In this document: positions 57,700 through 64,000 of the stretch, piece by piece
How positions within the stretch are numbered: the stretch's first letter is position 1
Layout: every line of letters starts with the position of its first letter
Origin: Rhynchopus sp. YZ270_cl-10
Taxonomy: Eukaryota
Reading direction: 5' to 3'
Assembly: GCA_964035575.1 (NCBI GenBank)
Contig: OZ037836.1
Span: 1,798,001-1,862,000 of the forward strand
DNA: 64,000 bases
Made by a program: the position numbers and the translations under genes
The notes under the pieces: generated by a model
What the model was told of the DNA's origin: nothing
Seen by the model: only the letters and a program-made list of their open reading frames with translations
Database searches by the model: none

Positions 57700-58544
57700 G
57701 GCATGTGCATCTTTCGAGAGGCTGGGCGCTCATTGCGATGTTCAGAGAATGAATTTTACATTGCACGTGGCACTTTTCCCACGTTGTATTTTTTAGTTTT
57801 CATTTTTGATTTTTTTTCATTTTCCCACAAAAGATATCAAAGTACGATACCCACCCTATTCAAACCCAAACCGTTGTATTTTAGTGTGATCTTCTGTGGT
57901 GAGGAAGTGTTTCAAATTTTTCAGTATTTTCTCCTATTCTTCTGTGTTTGTGATTACCCCCGTGTTTAGCATGAGCAGAGTGTGCATGTTAAGATTTCAC
58001 TGCATCTTTGTGACATGCCTTGCGGAAGGGTTCGAAAGGGGGGGGGGGGAGGAAAGGCGGTTTCAAAAAAAAAGGTCCTGCTAAAATTTTCCTCAAAATC
58101 TGGTTTTGTAATATTGACCCTTTGCTCCCCCCCCCCAGGGCCCCCCCCCTACATTGATTTCAATACTATACCTTACTTCACCTACGGTTGCCCTTACAGG
58201 GGGGGTGAAGGAAGGTTGTTGAAGCTTTTGCTGATGATCAACAGAACTTTGTTGTTAGGTGTCGGACCCCCTGAGTTACACTGTGTGTCACCTACACAAC
58301 ACAGTCAGTCTTTGTGTACTTTTTTTGCACTATTTTCGAACAAGATATAACAAAAAGCTTGCGTTTCTTTTATCGAACCGATTTTCCGCCCCCGCACTCA
58401 AAACGTAATCACTTTCATTCAGAAAAATACATTTTTTCCTCTCCTGTTTTCTTAAGTTAAGTAAGAGAAAACCGAATGGAGTGGAAACGTAGTGAGAGCG
58501 CAGCGGAAACGATAGTGGGAGATGCAACGAGCTTTTTTTCGTAA

Positions 58545-59567
58545 GGGTAGTGTAACTTTTTCAGCCTGTTACCGTTACCGCCCGCCGGATTTTTTGAAAA
58601 CCACAAAAAAAAAAGTTATGTAGAAAGTACCTAGGGAAAAAAGTTATGGAGAGGTTCTATAGGAAAGATGTGGGTGGCGCTGTACAGGGCCCACACCTAT
58701 AGCACCTCACGATCACTTGGTGAGTCAGCAATGTTTCTCGAGAGAAACCTCCGTCGTTTGCCTTCACGAGTGTTTTCTTGAACACTGTACACTGTACACT
58801 GTACACTGTACACTGTACACTGTACACTGTACACTGTACACTGTACACTGTACACTGTACACTGTACACTGTACACTGTACACTGTACACTGTACACTGT
58901 ACACTGTACACTGTACACTGTACACTGTACACTGTACACTGTACACTGTACACTGTACACTGTACACTGTACACTGTACACTGTACACTGTACACTGTAC
59001 ACTGTACACTGTACACTGTACACTGTACACTGTACACTGTACACTGTACACTGTACACTGTACACTGTACACTGTACACTGTACACTGTACACTGTACAC
59101 TGTACACTGTACACTGTACACTGTACACTGTACACTGTACACTGTACACTGTACACTGTACACTGTACACTGTACACTGTACACTGTACACTGTACACTG
59201 TACACTGTACACTGTACACTGTACACTGTACACTGTACACTGTACACTGTACACTGTACACTGTACACAGTACACACTGTAGTACCTATAACTTTCTGGT
59301 ACCTAGACACCCGGTGTCCAGGAACCTAGGTACCCAGGCAACATGATAATGAGACACAAAATGCTACACGTAACAGAAAACAAGCTACACGTCACGAAAA
59401 TAAGGATTTTACTGTGAAGGAAACTCTGGAAAAATGTAAGAAAATCTCTTCATAACTTTTTTTCCCCTGGTAAAACTTTTTTTTCTTCATAACTTTTTTT
59501 CTCCGCCGCCCGCCGGATTTTTCGAACACCAAAATAACGGTAACAGACCGAAAAAGTTACACTACCC
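58545..59567. mobile_element. Non-autonomous PIF/Harbinger-like element, TAA TSD
   Basis: TAA|GGGTAGTGTAACTTTTTC...GAAAAAGTTACACTACCC|TAA. The empty paralogous site TTTCGTAATGTTTTATTC lies at ~39805-39822. Confidence 0.9.
58782..59268. repeat. (ACACTGT)n 7-bp satellite, ~69 near-perfect copies
   Basis: Directly visible tandem array. Confidence 0.98.
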
Positions 59568-60217
59568 TAATGTTTTATTCTCCCCCTCAAAATATTTCAC
59601 CACAACCTCTCCCTTTTGTCTTTATTGTTTTTATTGCTTTATTGTTTGCGGGGGTGGGGGAAAAACATACAAGGGAAAAGTAGGGGTTTCAATTTTTAAA
59701 GGAAGGTGTTTTTTTGACTCATATCGAGGAGGATAGAGAAACTAAAAAGTCATGAAAATACAAAACTGATGATGCCTCAGCAGGGTTAGTGAACGAAAGA
59801 ATGGTGCCAAGTTCAACAGGCACACATAGTGGAGCGCATCCTCGGGTGTCCACACTAAGTCAACGAGGTTTTCAAAAACAAACCTGGTCTGTGTCAAGCC
59901 AAAACCAGACAAAAAAAGCACAAAACAAAAGCACAAAAGCAGCCTGGTACAGATCCCAAACAGTTTCCTTGTGACAGTGGCTTTCAAATTTTATTTGAAA
60001 GTATATGAATTTGCTTTTGACATTTGCCTAGAGACATCCCTCGCGTCCTATCACAGCCTTGCAGCATACAGTTCTGCACACAGAGGTGTCCCCTTTGTCT
60101 TACACCTCTATCGTCTCAGTGGCAACATGTCTGCCTTCTTCTTGTCTCCTTCCCGTTCTGCGAGTTGTGTTTCTTCTTGCCCCACCCAAAACACCTGAAA
60201 CAGAGAGACACAAAACC

Positions 60218-61219
60218 ATGGAAATATGTGTGAAGAGCTTTGACGGAGAGAAGTACACAGTCGAGGTGGGTGTGGATGATACAACTGCGGACATACGGCG
60301 GAAGGTGGCGTCTGCAGCAGAGTTGTGCGAAGACGGCTTTGACATGAGCTTCGGTGGGAAGCTGCTGGCCGAAGGAGACGACACGACGCAGCTGAGTGCT
60401 GGGGACACAGTTGTGCTGACGAAGACGACGTCGCAGAAGGACGACGCCATTGCAGCTCTTCGTGACTTGGGTGAGACAGCGCTGACGTCAGAGAGGTTCG
60501 AAGGCCTTTCCGATACCAAGCTGGTTCATTTGTTTCTGCGGGCGGAGGTTGTTACTGAGATCCCCTCCAACTGCTTGAGAGATGGCACATTCTCAGAACT
60601 TGATCTCAGTGGTGTGCCAGGTGTGACTGCAGTAGGCCACTCCTTCCTCTTCCGCTGCACCTCATTGCACACTGCTGACTTATCTGGGTGGAGCAATGTG
60701 TCACCCCTAGAGGGTTTCTTTCTCTACAGCTGCAGCGCATTGACCACCCTTGACTTGTCTGGGTGGAACAATGTGACGCGGGTTGATGACTACTTTCTCT
60801 ACAAGTGCACCTCATTGACCACATTTGATATTTCTGGGTGGAACAATGTGACGCAACTTGGGAACTCTTTTCTCTGCGAGTGCAGCGCATTGCAAACACT
60901 TGACTTATCTGGGTGGAATAATGTAATGACTGTCGGATCCTGCTTCCTCGTCAACTGCACCTCATTGACCACACTTGACTTATCTGGGTGGAACAATGTT
61001 ACGCAGATTGGGAGCTACTTCCTCTCCAACTGCACCTCATTGACCACCCTTGACTTGTCTGGGTGGAATAATGTTACGCAGATTCATCCACACTTCCTGT
61101 ATCGATGCAACATACGGACAAGCAGCATCAACGTCACCGGATCGAGCAGTGTTGTGACGAAAGATGTGCACAGCCGTAAGGTAAAGCACAAAATCAAACA
61201 CAAATGTGTGTGCATGTGA
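60218..61219 (+). CDS. UBL-LRR protein class B (CaaX)
   Basis: Start assigned by paralogy. Ends KHKCVCM*. Confidence 0.88.
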   Translation: MEICVKSFDGEKYTVEVGVDDTTADIRRKVASAAELCEDGFDMSFGGKLLAEGDDTTQLSAGDTVVLTKTTSQKDDAIAALRDLGETALTSERFEGLSDTKLVHLFLRAEVVTEIPSNCLRDGTFSELDLSGVPGVTAVGHSFLFRCTSLHTADLSGWSNVSPLEGFFLYSCSALTTLDLSGWNNVTRVDDYFLYKCTSLTTFDISGWNNVTQLGNSFLCECSALQTLDLSGWNNVMTVGSCFLVNCTSLTTLDLSGWNNVTQIGSYFLSNCTSLTTLDLSGWNNVTQIHPHFLYRCNIRTSSINVTGSSSVVTKDVHSRKVKHKIKHKCVCM

Positions 61220-62121
61220 GGCACTGTCTGCTCTTGAGCGGCGTGTTCTTCTTCTTATCAACAAACACTCTGCAGTGGGATATGATCCACTACCACCGAT
61301 CCAAACTACTGTGCACTGATTTTCCGAAAGTCAGAATCTCTGACTTTCTGCCAGACTGCAGCAAGAGCTAGATACGCGGCGCCTGCCGAGTTGACATCGA
61401 TCTGTGCGAGCTGGGCTCACCAAGATATCTTGCCCGTGGCCAACAGCTCTACAGCCTGGGTGCTAATGACCCACCCCTGCACACCTACGGACAACACTGA
61501 TCCACTCTAACCTGCAGGTGTCCTGCGGGACGTCTTGCACTGGGAGCTGAGCTGCGCCTGCACCCGCAGAACAACGACTTCGAATGTGTAAACAACAAAT
61601 ACAAGCTACTTTGGTGTGGCTGAAGGGGGGTGGTGCTATTTTCTGCTATTTTGGGGTCGTCGGGCACACCATACTTTCCAGGGTTGAGGACAACGTGCGT
61701 CTATATCTTTTTTAGTACAATAGCCAGAGAAAACAGATCCTGCACTAGCAGGTGATTGTCGACACAGCAAGTGTGGATGCATCAACGCACAGCAAAAACG
61801 ATCAAAGAAAGAGACACAAGCATACTTTCAACGGAAAAAAGAAATCTGCTTTTATTCGTGTCGCCCCCTACCTCACCTGCTTATTCTTTACACTACCTTG
61901 AAGATAGTAAGTCTGGCGACTCACAAAAGTCATTAAAGCAATCTGGCAAGGTTATCTTCTTGCAGCCAACTTACTCGTGAACAACAATGATTTTGGGCAT
62001 CGTTACGTTGGGAAACTGCTTTATGCTTGTTCATGCATCACACCTGTGCTTTGTCAAGGCAACATAGAAGGTCTGAACGAACATCCCCTGCCTCAAAACA
62101 CCTGAAACAGAGAGACACAAA

Positions 62122-62973
62122 ATGGAAATATGTGTGAAGAGCTTTGACGGAGAGAAGTACACAGTCGATGTGGGTGTGGATGATACAACTGCGGACATAC
62201 GGCGGAAGGTGGCGTCTGCAGCAGAGTTGTGCGAAGACGGCTTTGACATGAGCTTCGGAGGGAAGCTGCTGGCCGAAGGAGACGACACGACACAGCTGAG
62301 TGCTGGGGACACAGTTGTGCTGACGAAGACGAAGTCGCAGAAGGACGACGCCATTGCAGCTCTTCGTGACTTGGGTGAGACAGCGCTGACGACACAGAAG
62401 TTCAAAGGTCTGGAAGATCCCAAGCTGATTCATTTGTTTCTGCAGGCGGAGGTTGTTACTGAGATCCCCCACTACTTCTTGGAAGGTACCACATTCTCAG
62501 AACTTGATCTCAGTGGTGTGCCAGGTGTGACTGCAGTAGGTTACTCCGTCCTCTACAACTGCACCTCATTGCACACTCTTGATTTATCTGGGTGGAACAA
62601 TGTGACGCACATCCGGCCCTATTTCGTCTCCAACTGCAGCGCATTGAAAACCCTTGACTTATCTGGGTGGAACAATGTAACGACTGTCGGATCCGGATTC
62701 CTCTCCAACTGCAGTGCGTTGACGACACTGGACTTATCTGGGTGGAACAATGTGACGCAGATTGGGAGCTACTTCTTCTTCAACTGCACTTCGTTGGACA
62801 CACTTGACTTGTCTGGGTGGACGAGTGTTACGCAGATTTATCCACACTTCCTGGAAGGATGCAACATACGGACAAGCAGCATCAATGTCACCGGATCGAG
62901 CAGTGTTGTGACGAAATATGTGCACAGCCGTAAGGTAGAGGACGATACCAAACACAAATGTGTGTGCATGTGA
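62122..62973 (+). CDS. UBL-LRR protein class B (CaaX)
   Basis: Paralog with fewer LRRs, ends KHKCVCM*. Confidence 0.88.
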   Translation: MEICVKSFDGEKYTVDVGVDDTTADIRRKVASAAELCEDGFDMSFGGKLLAEGDDTTQLSAGDTVVLTKTKSQKDDAIAALRDLGETALTTQKFKGLEDPKLIHLFLQAEVVTEIPHYFLEGTTFSELDLSGVPGVTAVGYSVLYNCTSLHTLDLSGWNNVTHIRPYFVSNCSALKTLDLSGWNNVTTVGSGFLSNCSALTTLDLSGWNNVTQIGSYFFFNCTSLDTLDLSGWTSVTQIYPHFLEGCNIRTSSINVTGSSSVVTKYVHSRKVEDDTKHKCVCM

Positions 62974-64000
62974 GGCACTGTCTGCTCATGCAAGACAACA
63001 CCAAACCTCTTCTTCTTTTCAGCGCACACTCTGCAGTGGGAAATGATCCGAACTACTGTGCACTGATTTTCCGAAAGTCGGAATCTCTGACAAAACGTCG
63101 TCATACCGTCATGAACACAGGCTTGGCAATATCTGATACATCAACCGTGCAGCTTTCTTCCGGACCTCAACCACAGCTAGATACGCGGCGCCTGCCGAGT
63201 TAACATCGATCTGAGCGAGCTGGGCTCACTAAGATATCTTGCCCGTGGCCAACAGCTCTACAACCTGGGTGCTAATGACCCACCCCTGCACCTACGGACA
63301 ACACTGATCCACTCTAACCTGCAGGTGTCCTGCGGGACGTCTTATACTGGAGCTGAGCTGCGCCTGCACCCGCAGAACAACGACTTCGAATGTGTAAACA
63401 ACAAATACAAGCTACTCCACAGAGTTGAGGACAACGCGTTGTCAAGTACAAATAGCATTCGGGTGACATTGAGTACATATCCTGCAGCAGCAGGTGCTTT
63501 TTGACACAGCAACAAAAATAGTGGAGTTCATCCTCGGGTGTCTACACTAAAACAAACCAAGTTTTCAAAAATGCTCGAGAGACTCGTTCCTCTTTGCTTG
63601 TTGCTCAAAAGACTATAAACGGGGGGGAAAAAAGTAAAAGTTGTTTGTTGTTCGCTTCCACCACTTTTTTTTTTTTTCTTCTTCTTCGACTTGATTTACG
63701 ATATGGTTGTGTTTGCCTGAAGTACAGAAAGTGTCGTGGAGCACAGGGGGGGAAAGAGGGGGAAACAAGCGGGGAGCGGGATACGCAGACGCGCGAATTT
63801 TCACGAGGGTCTCGAGCATTTTGTCAAATACTACGTGTTTACTAAAAATAATAAAACCTACATTCTCGAACTTTTCTACTTACGTGATTTTCATTGGACG
63901 CATCCCCGGGGAGCACAAGCAAAGGGTAATGAAAGGGAACAATGAAGATTAAACAAGCTAGAAAAGAGACAGTATATATTTCCGAACACACACATACACA

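Noticed and set aside
58657..59346. ORFs of repeated VYSVQCT / TLYTVHC
   Set aside because: They are translations of the 7-bp satellite, which has no stop codons.
19500..62900. 75-bp periodic constant/variable pattern resembling a CRISPR array or DGR repeats
   Set aside because: The repeats are in-frame LRR codons and there are no cas genes. The RTs present are LINE and DIRS types, and the variation does not appear limited to adenines.

Overview
Eukaryotic genomic DNA, most likely from a diplonemid (Euglenozoa): it has GT-AG cis-introns plus a 39-nt euglenozoan-type spliced-leader (SL) sequence at 34207-34245. The window opens with the 3' part of a giant Cys-rich EGF-like type I membrane protein (1-10851, one intron). 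Next come a captured GAF-domain fragment and an intron-split inward-rectifier K+ channel gene. From about 19 kb to the end lies a co-oriented array of 14 ubiquitin-like (UBL) + 25-aa LRR genes in two classes: class A ends in an NLS-like tail and class B ends in a CaaX box. The UBL parts are near-invariant and the LRR modules are variable and shuffled. Several mobile elements have invaded the array. (i) A gag-YR-RT/RNaseH (VIPER/TATE-order) tyrosine-recombinase retroelement is bounded by a 10-bp core repeat and sits 16 nt downstream of the SL exon; removing it rebuilds an SL-RNA-like structure. (ii) A full-length 7.76-kb LINE carries a degenerate RNase H and an intact-looking OTU protease in ORF1. 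(iii) A 5'-truncated relative of that LINE is also present. (iv) There are several MITEs, one Tc1/mariner-like and one Harbinger-like with a 7-bp satellite. All calls come from reading motifs by eye; no database searches were run.
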